From Octopus vulgaris (taxonomy: Eukaryota): a DNA stretch of 64,000 bases. The notes below the pieces were generated by a model. That model ran no database searches, was not told the DNA's origin, and saw only the letters and a program-made list of their open reading frames with translations. A program made the translations under genes and the position numbers. Below, piece by piece: positions 50,495 through 63,790 of the stretch (positions are counted from its first letter, which is position 1; every line of letters starts with the position of its first letter). The DNA lies in the NCBI GenBank assembly GCA_951406725.2, contig OX597829.1, positions 34,038,001 to 34,102,000 on the forward strand, in the 5' to 3' direction.

Positions 50495-51563
50495 CTAGAA
50501 AAAAACAAAAAACAGAGTTATTAAAGAAAACAATTCAACCATCAATATTTAAATACTTTTTTCATATGAAGCATAACTTATGCAGGAAAAGTAACACTTT
50601 GTGAGAGAGTAAAAATGTAATAAGTACAGAATACAATAAATTAATTAAAACTTCCCACTATGGCTGACAACACGAACACCACTAACGGATAGTTAAATCA
50701 CTAGGAGGTTAGCTTACCAAATACAAAACTGACAATGAGAAAGAGAAAGAGAGAGATGCATGATCTTAGCCTTAATAAATAGTAAGCTTAAGCAAACTAT
50801 ACATATATGGTGGATAATATAATTCATGGTTGTGAGAAGGACATATTTATAGATAAACTCTAACATATTGATTGCAAAGTAATTGTTTACAATATTTTAT
50901 CTTCATGATAAAACCTTTGAAATTTAAGGCTATTTCTGATTCCAATAGCAAAAATAAAGCTATGTAGGCACAGGCATGGCTGAATGGCTAAGAAGTTTGC
51001 TTAGTAACATCTTGGGTGAGTGTCTAAATTTGGTATGAATTGTGTGTATCTGGACATTATGCTGTCTGTACTTGAAGAGTTAGGGGTAATATCACATTGG
51101 TTGGAAACAGTTGAAAACTGCTAATAGAAGAGCATCTGACCAGAGATAATATGCTTTGTAAGATTTTGTCTGATCCAAACAAGTATGGACAAGAGGATAT
51201 CAAAACAATGATGATGATGATCACAGACAGACAAACACTTGTGGATATGTATGTATGTGCGTCTTTCATAGCTCGACAACCAGTGTTGGTTGGTTGTGTC
51301 CCTTGGTTCAGTGAAAAGAAGCTGATAGTATAACAACTAAGGAACAAGGATTGAGGTCAATTTAATCAACTAAACTCGGAATGTCCTATCATGGCCATGG
51401 TCCAATGACTGAAACAAGCAAAAGAATATAAGCAATTCCCTGGTAATACTCAAATAACATTCGAATATTGCCTAAAAACCATAGTTATAAAATAGTTAAA
51501 GAATATTTATAAAAATTTTCTGTTTCTACAATAATTTTATATATATGAAGAAATGTAAATTAC

Positions 51564-51661
51564 CTATCTTTTGCATCACGACAAGGCAAATTACGTATTT
51601 TTGGGAAAAAACTGAGGAGAGCAGTTGACATCATTTCCAGTTGTGATAAATCAACATCTTT
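51564..51661 (-). CDS. NUP98: Nup96 exon
   Basis: KDVDLSQLEMMSTALLSFFPKIRNLPCRDAKD(R); ttgcag / gtaatt. Confidence 0.88.
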
Positions 51662-52025
51662 CTGCAAGAAAAATATTAAAAGTTTTTTTTTGAATTTAAA
51701 ATATTTATTTTCAAATTATACATACTAACTATCAATTAGCATAAATATATGAAGTGTACGCTAAACAAATTTGGTAGACTTTTATGTTGGTATTTTGAAG
51801 TAGCTTTGCATGTGACTTACCAAGTAAACCAGATAATATATAAGTTGTAATTTATTTTCCATCCGTTTCTCACAAATGATACTACTTTAAGAGCAAGTAA
51901 CTCATCCATGTACAGTGAATTTTCATTTGCATAGAACATATATAAATAAAATATGAGAAGGATGGTCAGAGTGAAAGGTTTTAAGTTTTATTCAGAAATA
52001 ACTAAAATTTTTATTCAGAGCTTAC

Positions 52026-52165
52026 TTTTTTAAATTTAGCCAATGCTTCATGTAAATTTATATAGCTTAAGTACACAGAACCTTCTGTGGACCAATTTTC
52101 AATCTTGCAACTTTGCTCAGGTGGTGAAAGAAGCTCTAACAGATTCTTCAAATGGTGGTAGTCAT
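52026..52165 (-). CDS. NUP98: Nup96 exon
   Basis: (D)DYHHLKNLLELLSPPEQSCKIENWSTEGSVYLSYINLHEALAKFKK; aatag / gtaagc. Confidence 0.92.
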
Positions 52166-52339
52166 CTATTAAAAAAATAAAATTAATATTAAATTCAGGA
52201 TTTAAACTGAAAAGAAAGTGTGTGTGTGTGTGTAAATAAAAGTATCTGGTAAGAGCTATTACATTATTTTACAATAAAACAATTTAAATTTTACTATCAA
52301 AATTATTTTTAAATTGTAATAATTTTAACAAATAATTAC

Positions 52340-52463
52340 CATTAATTACAGCATAAGGAGCAATATGTTTCAAAATTGCTTCATGAGCTTTGTTATATCG
52401 TTCAGCTTTTATGAAATGCCATGCCATTTCGGTGTACTTATTATAATATTGAGCTTTGATTGC
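52340..52463 (-). CDS. NUP98: Nup96 exon
   Basis: AIKAQYYNKYTEMAWHFIKAERYNKAHEAILKHIAPYAVIN; tttgatag / gtaatt. Confidence 0.92.
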
Positions 52464-55295
52464 CTATCAAAAAAAAAAAGAAACAAATTTTTTAGTTTTA
52501 CAATGTAATATTCTGAGGAAAATGTTTGCATTAAACCTTTCAATATCAAGGTGGCCGTAGCTGGCCAAGAAATTTAATGGCAAATGATATCAATCTGCCT
52601 GTAAACAGCTATAATAAGCTAGTCATATTAAAAAGAGAGAAATTTGTACTTGAATATAGCACGAATTTAAAAACTGTTTTTGTTAGTTATTTTAGTAAGA
52701 TGTTAGACCTAGACACAGTCTTTCCAAAGAAATGAAACCATTAGATTATTTTAACTTTTCCTTTGAAGTGATTCCTGCAGAAACAAATCGCTATGCAGAA
52801 TGTAAACAAAGAGGGAATAAAGATAGTTTGAGGTTAGAAAGTTAGAAACCTGAGCGCGCGCGTGCATGTGTGTTTATTTATTGAATTTATAGGGTTTTTT
52901 AAAATTTACCTGTAATTTTAATTTACCAGTACAATACTTGATAAAGTTTGATTAATTTGGAGTGTGAATCATTATTATAATAGAGGGACCCATGAATATT
53001 TCATGGAATTAATAGTAAATTCATTGGGTTACTCCTAAAAACCTGAATGCATAGCCTATGTTGTTTTTGTATGTAAAGATAATCACTCATCTGCTACTAA
53101 TTGAAAAGTGAAAGAAATTGGAATATGAAGATTACTTAATGTACTTTATATACATACTTTATGCACAATTTTATAGACTTAATACTAAGCACTCATAAAA
53201 TAAATATTCACTCTTATTTTCCCCATAAATAGAAAAATTTACATGGTCATAGTTTCATATGTAGAAAACAAAAATTTTATAGCAAAAATAATTATTTTAT
53301 ATGTAAAATATAGGAGTCAGAATTTCACAGGGATAAAAATTTAATGCAACATGGCATACTCTGAAAACCACATTGTTGGTAACTTTTAAACCAAGGCGAT
53401 GGATCAAAGCCAATGCACATTTTAATTTTCGTAGACCTTTCAATCCTATACTGCTTTGCAGACTATGTTCTTTGTGTTCTCCCTCTTCTTTTCCCTTGCT
53501 TGTTGTGCTGATAACTTTAACTCTCACATCAGATAATTTAAGAACCCTTGAGAATGCAACATTAAAATGAATGGCAAGTTTGGGATGTGCTTGTGTTAAG
53601 TGATAGGTGATATAAAGAACTTAGTTCAATTAAAAAAAAAAAAAAAAATCACTTTTTTACTATGCACTCATCATTGCCACCTCCTCCACCACTCTATCAC
53701 CCTCTGCCTTTCTTTAATCTACCATCAGAACATCACCCCTCTGCTAAAGTTATATTCCTAACTCACCTCTATATCACTACTTTCAACTAGCATTTTTAAC
53801 CACATAATAAATATTATGTTCCCCCTACCACATGTCATGGACACTTTTCTCTTTTTCTTTCTTTCTCTCTCTCTCTCTGCCTTATCCTCTTTTTCTCTAA
53901 TCACATGAAAGCATTACCGACAGGCTAAGTAATATAATGACAAGCAGAATTATTATAAAATGTGTTTCTATGTATTTCATTTCCTAGTATTCTTCAAAGA
54001 TAAGTTCCAGTTTTTCATTGTTTTACCTTTACAGTACACCTACCTCATTCTGCTTTATCTTTATGGTACACTTGTTTTACAAGCATTAAGTACAACTAAC
54101 AGCTAATCCAGGAATTTGCACAATTCTTCTCTATTAAAATTTTGCTGTATACTCATTGAATATATTCATTTTATATGCTAATGTTTAAACAGAATTTAAA
54201 TAATTTTATATTTTGCTGAATTTACCTATATTTAGATTTACTTTGAAACCAAAATTATGAAACAGATTCAGTTAAAAACCTTTTATTAAATTGTATTCCA
54301 GAAATCCCATTATGTTTGTAGTGGAACTACTTTCCTGTGGCATAGTGGTCTTCCATCTATGTGTGATGTGCCTAGTGTGCAGCCAACCATATTGTCTCAC
54401 ACATAGATGCATGACTCGCCATCTCTACAAAAGAGAAAAGAGTGTGCCTTTTGCAGTGAGTCAGCAGAAGAACTCAACACCATGACCGTCAGTAAACAAA
54501 TCTCTATGACCATCAGCGAACAAACTCTGTTCCAGTCAATCAACCAGCAGTTAGCAGAATACCTCGAGGAGAGTACAGCTATTTTCAGTGGGATTTCGGA
54601 AGGACACTACCCCTGACAGCATTACTTCAGCATGAACAGCTGCGTTATTTCCCCATCTTAACCCTGTAAACTTTGTGATTACATTAAGCTTGCATTGCGA
54701 ATCCCGTTATTATCTACAGAAGGAGGAAGCCTGTGTAAACTTCTTACTACCTTTATGCTTTTACCCATTTATGTAATAGTAGGCCCAATGGCCTTCCTTG
54801 ACACCTACATACAACAATTGTCTAATCTCATTGCAACCCAAATAAATTACGATGTTTGTTCTAATATAGTTTTTCGATTTATTTTCTCAATGTCTCACAG
54901 ATGCAACTGTTTCATTGACTTTCAACACTGTCTATTTATTTGGTAACATGCTAAAACTGGTAATACTTTACGTAAGTTACATTCAAACACAGAAACATCA
55001 CTGTTACATGTTTGTATATAAAGAAAAAAAAGCTCCAGTTGTTTTATGAAACCAGTCTACATTCACAATTATTTTAATTGAAACACATAAGGGGAGTATT
55101 TTGATTAGAAATATAGTAACAAAAGGGTTAAATGTAAGTGAAAATATTGTTCATACTGAAGAAATCATTAAATAAGATAGTAAAATTAATTCAGATCTCA
55201 AAATACCTAAAGTGTTTATATATCATCATCGTTTAGCGTCCGCTTTCCATGCTAGCATGGGTTGGACTAATTTGCAAGTAATTAAAAATACAAAC

Positions 55296-55425
55296 CTTTG
55301 CATAATGAACCCATTCTCTTGGAATGAAAAATCTCTCTATAATAAAGGCTTCTCTTTCTAAATATTCAGTATCATGACATAAAGATATATGCCGCATAAG
55401 TGTTTCCATGACGGCAGCTTTTCTC
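55296..55425 (-). CDS. NUP98: Nup96 exon
   Basis: (R)RKAAVMETLMRHISLCHDTEYLEREAFIIERFFIPREWVHYAK; ttgtag / gtttgt. Confidence 0.92.
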
Positions 55426-56189
55426 CTACAATTTATAAAGAATTCAACAATTCATAGAAATATTTTTTCTTCTTTTTTAAAAAAAAAGAATATATTATGA
55501 ATGTTTGAAACCTAGCAGCAGCTAAAAGATTTTCATGTAGTGTTAACTTCAGAATGGAAGAAATTATGCATACATGTTCGCATTAATGTGTGTGCTTAGC
55601 ATTACACAATAAAATTATATAATAATATTGTACATTCATAAATTAAAACTCATGAGATCATCAGAACATCATGGTTACACCAACAATTCTGCACTAATTA
55701 TAAACACAAAATTTCCATTTAAATATTCAATATATGGAAGGCCCAAATTAGGTTGAACTGGCTGATAAAAGAAAATAAGATATATTGCTTCTTATCAGTT
55801 AAGTTAAAAATTTAAGGAATTAACAATCTCTAATGTAAACAAATACAAGAATAAGTGAAAATAGGTAAAATAAAAAATATATTAAGAAATAACCAAATAA
55901 TATAGTATTCAACAGTCAGCTTCAATATAAGGCCAGCAAGGCAACAATACTTCAGAGAAAGCATATGAACCTTTAAGAATTTTATTCACGCATAACAAAC
56001 CTCTAATGAAATTTCTAGTACAATGGACTGGAATAAAACAAAAGACATATATACACACATTTAGAGGAACATATAAACATACATATAAATATAAAAAAAT
56101 ACACTCATGTTTATATATAGAGGAATAGATAGGGTGGAAAGACTGGCAAGACAGTAGGGAGAGACAAAAAACATATATACTAAATGTGT

Positions 56190-57630
56190 GTGTGTAAGCC
56201 ATGTACAGGGATGCAGTCAGTAAGGTGAACGTCAGCAACAAATAGTAATGAATTCGGTGTATAGGTAGGAGTTCACCAAGAATCAGTTCTCAGTTCCATC
56301 TTGTCTATCATAGTCCTCAAGATCATAACAGAGGAATTTAAGACTGGCTGCCCTTGAATGCTCCTCTAAGCTGATGATCTTGTTCTTATAGCTGAATCAC
56401 TACCAGAACTAGAGAAAAAAATTATAGGTATGGAAGCAAGGTCTAGAATCAAAGGGCCTTAGAGTTAATTTAGCAAAGCCTTAAGTCATAGTAAGTAGGA
56501 ATATAGACTAATCACAAATCCCTTCAGAAGATGGCCCTGCTCAATAAGTGGAAAAGGTATAGGTAAAAACTCCATACGGTGTACCCAGTGCCAGCTATGG
56601 ACACATAAGAGATGCAGGAGTATCAAAAGAAGGCTAACAGAGAAAGTAGTCTTTATGTGTGATAGATGTGCAGGTACAATAAACACTAGGTATGTACAGA
56701 AAATAGATTTCGTCAAATGCCAAGGGGGATACTTAGAAGTGGTAGATAGCTTCTGTTACCTAGGTGACCAGGCAGAGGATGATGCCCTGAGAATGTAGCT
56801 GCGAGAAAGAATGGGTTGGGTAAAGTTCAGGAAACTTCTACCTCTGGTAACAAAGAGCCTCCTCCCTCAGCAAAAGGCAGATTGTATGATACCTGTGTGT
56901 GAAAAGTCATGCAACATAGCAGTGAAACGAGTTATGACTGCAGAGGACATGGGACAGAATTATTTATATCATGATGATTTGTGTCGGGTATCAAAATGCA
57001 GACATCATGACTACTGCTCATTGCTCTGTGAACACTGTAAAAGGTATCAGATGTACAGCTGCAATAGAGACTACAAAGCAGTGACCAGCAAAAAGGGGCA
57101 CAACTGACATTCTGGCTGCATCCACATTGATGGAATTCGTCCCTACATCTTTGAAAAGGGCCTTAAGCTAAGTTCAGACAGCTATGTGAAACTGCTGGAA
57201 GGCCATATGTATGACAACAGAGATCTCCTTCTGAGTGAAAAGAAGACTGAATGATGCTTGTGTATAAAAAGCAATGCTACATCATAGTGCAGCAAGGGCC
57301 CTAAATGCAGGAGACATGCGAAGAGGAATGAAGCCAGTATACTCTGTTCGCTGCGCAATGTCAGGATACATGTACAACTGAGTGCTAGTGTATTGAGAGA
57401 AAAGTTAGGCATGAAAGGAATTAAATGTAGTGTGCAAGAAAGAAGACTACATTGGTTTGATCATGTAATGTGTATGGACGAGGATAGTTGCATAAAGAAG
57501 TGCTGATCACTTAAAGTGAATGGAACTTGTGGAAGTGGAAAACATGCAACAAAATGTTGAAGGCTGACTTCAAGATGCTGAACCATAAGGAGATGAAAAC
57601 AGACTGAAATATTTGGTGCCTTGTTGTGCT
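56190..57630 (+). mobile_element. Intronic RTE LINE RT fragment (family of 15110-16940)
   Basis: AMYRDAVSKV, EFKTGCP*MLL*ADDL, WPCSI..GIGKNSIRCTQCQLWTHKRC, EVVDSFCYLGD, MGWVKFRKLLP. Confidence 0.85.
56955..57225 (+). mobile_element. Tc1/mariner-group transposase fragment nested in the RTE
   Basis: PYIFEKGLKLSSDSYVKLLE..PYV*QQ resembles the PHIF...Y...L...PYVWQQD motif of DD37D-type elements. Confidence 0.5.
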
Positions 57631-57952
57631 TGGTAAATGCTCTGCCCCACCTCCATTCTCACAGGCCTGTCAAAGCTTCCCCACCACAAGTCATTTATTC
57701 CCTAGCACTTATCACTTCTCTATCTCTTGTATTCTTTGGCTACTGTAATCACCTGAGAGCAGAGTAGGCATATACTACACCCACTCCCATTTATTATCTT
57801 CCTTCTCTCACTCACCGAAGCTAAATAGCAAAAACCATCAACATTACCAGTCTAAAAGGACTTGTGAAAGTCATGGGAGGTGTCCCTTCTATCTGCTTAA
57901 CAATATAAAAGAACAAGATGAAAAAAAATTGACAAAATGTCATAAAACTAAC

Positions 57953-58108
57953 CTCTTTTCATCGTTTATATGTGCCAAAACAAAAATTGCCCACTCCCAA
58001 AGACCAAGTGATTCAAGTTGGGCTGCAAAGCTATGATTTATGCATTCTTTCTGGTATTCGGATAAATGATTATATTCAAGACTCTGTAATACTTGATATA
58101 GATGCCAA
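57953..58108 (-). CDS. NUP98: Nup96 exon
   Basis: (S)WHLYQVLQSLEYNHLSEYQKECINHSFAAQLESLGLWEWAIFVLAHINDEK; ccttcag / gttagt. Confidence 0.96.
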
Positions 58109-58570
58109 CTGAAGGGGAGAAAAAAAGTATGAAATTGAGACAAAAAGATTTAATTTCAATAAATTAAAAATAAATGCAATATCTCAAAATGAAAGCAGTG
58201 TATGCCCATTTGTCTTTATAATGAGCCATAATAAAACATATACAGAAAGAAACTGTATATTTCTAAATCTCTCAGAGAGATTTATGCAGTAGCAGCACGA
58301 TAAGGACACAGGAAATGTGTCAAGTCCAACAGGAAACGGTATTTCCTAGGGCTAAATAACAGTAGCATTCTTCCCTTTTATGGGACTGTCACATTAAGTT
58401 GACAACATGCTATCACTTTAAAACATATACGGTTTCAAACAATTTCATAAAAAATTAAGAACAACTTATTTCAATAAAAGATTGTGCACAAAGAGATGAT
58501 TTCACCAGCCCTGCTCTCTCTATGTATATATTAGATATTCATTAAGTATAAATATAGAATTGTTACTGAC

Positions 58571-58831
58571 CTTAATCTATAATCAAGATGGTTGACTGTT
58601 GTTGATGCTGGTGATAAGGTCCGTTCAAGAAGATAAGCTTTATTTACATAAAGTTGTAATAAATGATAACATGTATCGTATATTTTCACTGAGTCACAGT
58701 CAGTATCATCGTTCTCTAAGTAAGATGGAACTGGTGACCTAGCATATTTGCCACATTGACTATCTCCCATTTGAGCTGCATCATATCTTTTCAGAGCTTC
58801 AAATATTACAGATGTTGGACTGCATGCATAC
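58571..58831 (-). CDS. NUP98: Nup96 exon
   Basis: (W)YACSPTSVIFEALKRYDAA...YARSPVPSYLE...DTCYHLLQLY...LDYRL; ttttcag / gtcagt. Confidence 0.96.
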
Positions 58832-58941
58832 CTGAAAAATAAGAATAAAACAGAGTATTAAAAAATATATATATAAAAAGAGTATTACAAAAATGTGTAA
58901 GTAAATGTGTGTGCACATGTGTACACACACACATGTACATA

Positions 58942-59710
58942 CAAGGTGGTATTAAAATGTTCCCAGACTAGTTTTGCAGTGTGCCAACAGATGGCATCAC
59001 CCAGTTGCATGTGCATTGAGAGCTAGTAGTGATCTTCATGAAGCAGTGTGTCAAGTGACATCACTGTGTTTACTTGTGATCATGTGTATACTGTAGTCTG
59101 TGATGATTGTTGTGATGGACGGGAAGTTGGAACAAAGGCCCAATGTGAAATTTTGCATTAAATTTAGGAATTCTGGGCCTACTTCAGCAAGCTTATGGCA
59201 ACAAGGCAACGGGGCATAAGCAATGTTTCCGATGGAATGGGTGCTTCAAAAGCGGATGAATGTTCCATGTTGTTTTTTTTCAACATCCATGGTATTGTGC
59301 ATTGAGAATTCCCCCCTGCCCCCACTAGAATGTTAATCAAGAGTTCTATTGAGACATTTTAAAGCATTTGAGGGAGGACGACATTTGATGAAAGCAACTG
59401 GATCTGTGAAGTGTGAAGAATTGGATTCTTCATGACAACAATGCACCGTCACCAAGCTCTCCTCACTCATGAGTTTCTTGCCAAAAACAACATGGCATTG
59501 CTTCCGCACCTGCCCTATTCATCAGATTTAGCGCCTGCAAGCTTCCATCTCTTCCCCAAGATGAAAAGGCAGCTCAACGGTCACTGTTTTAACAATGTCG
59601 TTGAGACCTAGAACAAATCATTGCTGTGCAAGGTGACTATTTCAAAGAAGATGATCTTAAAACTTTTTTATTTAACATTACTAGTCCGGGAACCTTTTGA
59701 TACCACCACA
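58942..59710 (+). mobile_element. Intronic mariner element with both TIRs, internally deleted
   Basis: TA-caaggtggtattaaaatgttcccagactagt ... actagtccgggaaccttttgataccacc. Peptides LEQRPNVKFC, WILHDNNAP, LPYSSDLAP (YSPDLAP). Confidence 0.9.
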
Positions 59711-59814
59711 CACAGAAGCATCCCCTGCATAACAGCTATTTCAGAACCGAAGCTCTACTTCATAGAACAAAAATGCAAAAGATGCAGTGATACTTAGTGT
59801 GAAGGTAAAGGTTC

Positions 59815-60860
59815 GTTAAGGTTCAGCCTTCAATCCTCATAGTCTTACAGACCATCATACAAGAGTTTAAGACTGGCTGTCCCTAAGAAACTCCAGTGCG
59901 TCCATGCTGCCAACAAAGCATGCGGAGTTCTGTTTTGATTCGACGGTCATTCGGAATGCTCACAGCAGCCATATTCCTACCACTCTATGTCACGCTGGTG
60001 AGACCCATATTGGAGTACGGGATTCAAGCCTCTTCTCATTATCTCCTCAAAGACATACATCATCTCAAAAGAGTTCAGAAGCTGGCTACCCGCATGATTC
60101 TTGGTCTCAAGCATTTGTCTTATGAAGAAAGGCTGAAGATGCTCAACCTTTATTCTCTAGAAAAACGCTGCCGCCGTGGTGATCTCATTCTCGCTCACAA
60201 CATCATAAGCAGAAAGTGTAACCTCTCGAAAGAGCTGCTCTTCACTCCTGCTCCAGAGCGTCAGCTGCGGGGTCACTCCGAAAAGCTCTATCTGCGACGA
60301 TTTCATCTCAATCGAAGTAGAGGGGCTTTCTCCGTCCGGGTTGCTGATCCGTGGAATAAGCTGCCAGACGAGATAGTGAAGATGCCGACGACCGCTCGGT
60401 TCAAAGTCTCTCTTGACCAGAAATGGCCTGAACTCTTTGCATGAACATCCTCCCTGTATATAACTCCAGAGCCAAAAAATTAACTTAACTTAACCTAACC
60501 TATATGCTGATGATACTGTTCTCATAGCTGAAACTATAGTAGAATTAGAAAAAACTAGGTATGGAAACTAAGCCTAGAGATCTCAAGGTAGACTTAGCAC
60601 ATACTAAGGCTTTAGTAAGTAGAAAAGAAGAGAGGACCCTGGTACTTTCAGGAAAATGGCCTTATTCAATATACAGAAAAAATGTAAGTAAAAACTACAG
60701 ACATTGTACTGGACTCAATGTAAGATATAGATACACAAGAAATGTAGTAGAATCACAAGCAGACTAACGAAAAAAAAGCTTTGTGTGTGATAAGTGTACT
60801 GGACAATATGTACTCTGAGTGCACCATAAATAGATCCTCTTGAATGCCTTATAAGTACAT
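59815..60860 (+). mobile_element. Old RTE RT relic split by the CR1
   Basis: EFKTGCP.. before the CR1; YADDTVLIAE...SGKWPYSI after it. Confidence 0.75.
59896..60500 (+). mobile_element. Young 5'-truncated CR1 LINE inserted into an RTE RT relic
   Basis: LYVTLVRPILEYG...VQKLATRMI.GLKHLSYEERLKMLNLYSLEKR.RRGDLI...RGHSEKL...FSVRVADPWNKLP. Tail (taact/taacc)n. Confidence 0.92.
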
Positions 60861-61084
60861 AACAACCTCTATATTGTCATTATTGTTGTTGTTATTATTA
60901 TTATTGGTATAATTACATATTATAATGTATGACTTCTCTAGTACGCTTACCCTTCCCTCATTAATACATCTCTTGTATCCTGACTTTATATTTGCATTGT
61001 ATATTTTATCCTGCCATCATCTTTATTGACTATAAAATTAAATTTACCATGCCAAATTCTACCCAATCCATGTGATCATGGAAA

Positions 61085-61385
61085 ATCATCATTATCATTG
61101 TTTGACATCCGTTTTCCATGCTGGCATGGGTTGGACGATTCGACTGGGGTTTGGGAAGCCTGGAGGCTGCACCAGGTCCCAATCTGATCTGGCAGTATTT
61201 CTACAGCTGGATGCTCTTCCTGATGCCAACCACTCCGAGAGTGTAGTGGGTGCTTTTTACAGGAGCCAGAGGAGCTGGCATTTACCATGATTGGATGTGT
61301 GTTTTTTACATGCCACCGGCACGGAAGCTAGTCAAGGTGGCACTGGCATCAACCACGTATAGATGGTGCTTTTTACGTGCTGTGG
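61085..61385 (-). mobile_element. Intronic RTE LINE 3' UTR
   Basis: ttccatgctggcatgggttggacg...ccaaccactccgagagtgtagtgggtgc. Confidence 0.85.
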
Positions 61386-61546
61386 ACATTAAAACCATGA
61401 TGAATTTTTTAAAATATTTACAACTCCAAATTGTCATGAAGAATCTTATAATTACAGGCTGATTCACACAAGAAACTTTTGTTTCTAAACTATATATAAT
61501 AATTCACTTGTCTAATGGACTACTAAAACATTGAAGAAAAATTTAC

Positions 61547-61683
61547 CAAAAGTGTAATCCAAGTGCTCTTTTCCAGTTCATATTTTCACACACATTGATT
61601 TGCTGACCACAAGTTTCAAAAATCATCTCTCCAGCGAGCAACCCAAGGATTTTCAACCTCTCTTTAGATATATGTGCACCAGC
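61547..61683 (-). CDS. NUP98: Nup96 exon
   Basis: AGAHISKERLKILGLLAGEMIFETCGQQINVCENMNWKRALGLHF(W); gtgtag / gtaaat. Confidence 0.94.
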
Positions 61684-61827
61684 CTACACGATAGTAATAA
61701 AAAAAGAAAATTTTTTTAAGTAAAATAGTTCCAGTAAATCTAATGACATTTATCTGAACTTTACATAAAATGTTAGAAACTATTTAATGACAAACATGTA
61801 TAAAAAATGAATAAAAAGTATACGAAC

Positions 61828-62007
61828 CCGCTTATTGTAATTTTGTAGTTGTAACTGCATAAAATGTTTATATGTTTTACTAAAACCACTAGCTTGTGCA
61901 AGCAACAAAGCTAAGTATTTGTCTTCATTTTTTATTGCCAACATGCAAGCTTCCTGTATTTGACGCCCACTCAGGTGACTTGTAATACTTAATAGGTTGC
62001 CATTCTC
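61828..62007 (-). CDS. NUP98: Nup96 exon
   Basis: ENGNLLSITSHLSGRQIQEACMLAIKNEDKYLALLLAQ...MQLQLQNYNKR; atttcag / gttcgt. Confidence 0.92.
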
Positions 62008-62069
62008 CTGAAATAGAAATAAATTAATATTAGGAATTGCAACATTAGTCACAAAATGACTTTGTAGTT

Positions 62070-62375
62070 ATGAAGCTTTTTTCACAACCATGTGGTCTGG
62101 GGTTTGGTCCGACTGCATGATATCTTGGGCAAATGTTTTCTAGAAAAATCTTAGGTCAATACCTTGTGAGTGAAATTGATAATGTTTATATTTCTTTCTA
62201 TATACCTACTTTTATGTTGACATCACTTGAAAAACATAGTGCTCTGTGATTAAGTCCCAGTATATTACCATTTTGATACTGAAGTACCAGACTCAAGTAA
62301 GTACAGGAATTAATATAACTGACTAAAACCCCAGCAAGGCTGCAGTCCAACAACTGAAACAAAGTAGAAAACTAA
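62070..62375 (+). mobile_element. Decayed Octopus SINE
   Basis: caaccatgtgg..ggttt..tcttgggcaaatgttttct...ccagcaaggctgcagtccaacaactgaaacaaag. Confidence 0.6.
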
Positions 62376-62844
62376 ATACAAAGACATATCTTTTTCTGCC
62401 ACTGTTCATCTTTGCAAATTTGATTATATTCTTATATTGAAGTTTGCTGAGCTGTTCATCTGAAACAGTTCTTATAACAGCTACACAAAAAATAGCGATG
62501 TCGCTTGATTTATAGTATGGTCTGATGTAACTAACAAACTTAGAATCAATGTCTCCTCCGCTAAAGATCCCCATATCTTCATTCAACACTTTTCATTTAT
62601 TTTGAAACATTTCAACATAAGTTTTTGAAGAAACTACATAGTCCAAAAAGAGATAAAATTCACAACTATTCTATACAAAAGTTGTATGTACCAATATGAG
62701 CTACAAGATAGTGAAAAAGTCTCTGCATAGTCATTTGACTTGCTAGGTCACCATATCTTAACTCACTCAAATTATATTTTACAATAAATCTGGTTAACCA
62801 ACAATATTTATTGTAGATACTATTACTGTGCATTCATGAATTGC

Positions 62845-63200
62845 ACAAGAAGTTCATGTTCAATTTTGTGTTAAACAGGGTTCCTCTGAAGGATCTTTGG
62901 ATTAATGATATTAAACAGGAGTCATAACTCAGAGGTAGGAGAGTCTCTCCATGTTGAGTCACTACTTCTCCACAATAGAAAGTCATATCTTCTTTCCCAA
63001 TTAAAATGTTGCAGGAAAGAAACACAAACAGATTCTTCAAGCTGGGGTCAACCAGTAGGAAACCAAGGTGTAGACTAAGAATGAAATGGTTGGATGATAT
63101 CCATAGTTTCAGTTGGTCATACTTGGGAATCCAGCCAAAAAGTGTAATGATAGTTGTTTCTGATAGCACCCAATGTAGGGGTGCTGAGGACTCTATCATA
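62845..63200 (+). mobile_element. Old RTE LINE fragment
   Basis: FCVKQG and RKPRCRLRMKWLDDI (cf. RPRGRPR.RWLD). Confidence 0.45.
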
Positions 63201-63291
63201 TCAACCCTCCCAGGAATAGTAGGAGAAAATGGACAAATAGATGGATTAAATTATTTTCTGAGCTTATTTTAGTAGAATTATTGTGACTTAC

Positions 63292-63410
63292 TTTAGTAGA
63301 ATTCTTTTCTATTTCGTTAGCAATTGTTTCTGCTTCAGTTTCAGCCAACCATCGAGAAAATGCTTCTTTTCTGGCTTGGTGATATTCATAATCTGTGTCG
63401 ATATCTGTGA
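63292..63410 (-). CDS. NUP98: Nup96 exon
   Basis: (V)TDIDTDYEYHQARKEAFSRWLAETEAETIANEIEKNSTK; tcttag / gtaagt. Confidence 0.94.
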
Positions 63411-63506
63411 CTAAGATACACAAAAAAGTAAGTTTAAATTTATAAATATATGCTCTTTATATTGCCAATCTATTCCGAAGTATTTGAAAAAAACTTTTTT
63501 AAATAC

Positions 63507-63599
63507 CTCTATCAAGTTCTAAAGGTTTTCCCCAAAGTGCAACACAGAGATCCCAACAAATCTTCATATGATGTATTTGCTGATAGTCTGGGTGAGAAG
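63507..63599 (-). CDS. NUP98: Nup96 exon
   Basis: (A)SHPDYQQIHHMKICWDLCVALWGKPLELDR; tcttcag / gtattt. Not present in the ORF track. Confidence 0.92.
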
Positions 63600-63790
63600 C
63601 TGAAGACCACAATAAAAAGAATATTAAAATATATCAAATGCATCAAACATTTTTGTAGGATAAAATATGGATGCAAAGAGAATTAGTAATTATTTTTTTA
63701 AAATCTCAACAATCAACAAACTTGAATAATATGATTGATAACATTTATGTATTATAAAACCACCAAAAGCAACAATGATTGGAGCCATAC

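Noticed and set aside
54291-54946. Short plus-strand ORFs in a Nup96 intron
   Set aside because: No recognisable motifs or consistent splice structure; probably an old repeat that I cannot classify.
55783-55806. U2 snRNA-like words (attgcttct, ttcttatcagtt)
   Set aside because: The match is too short and lacks the intervening stem and branch-point pairing region; likely chance.
60480-60500. Interstitial telomeric repeat (taacc)
   Set aside because: Only a few mixed TAACT/TAACC units at a CR1 3' end, which fits a LINE tail.
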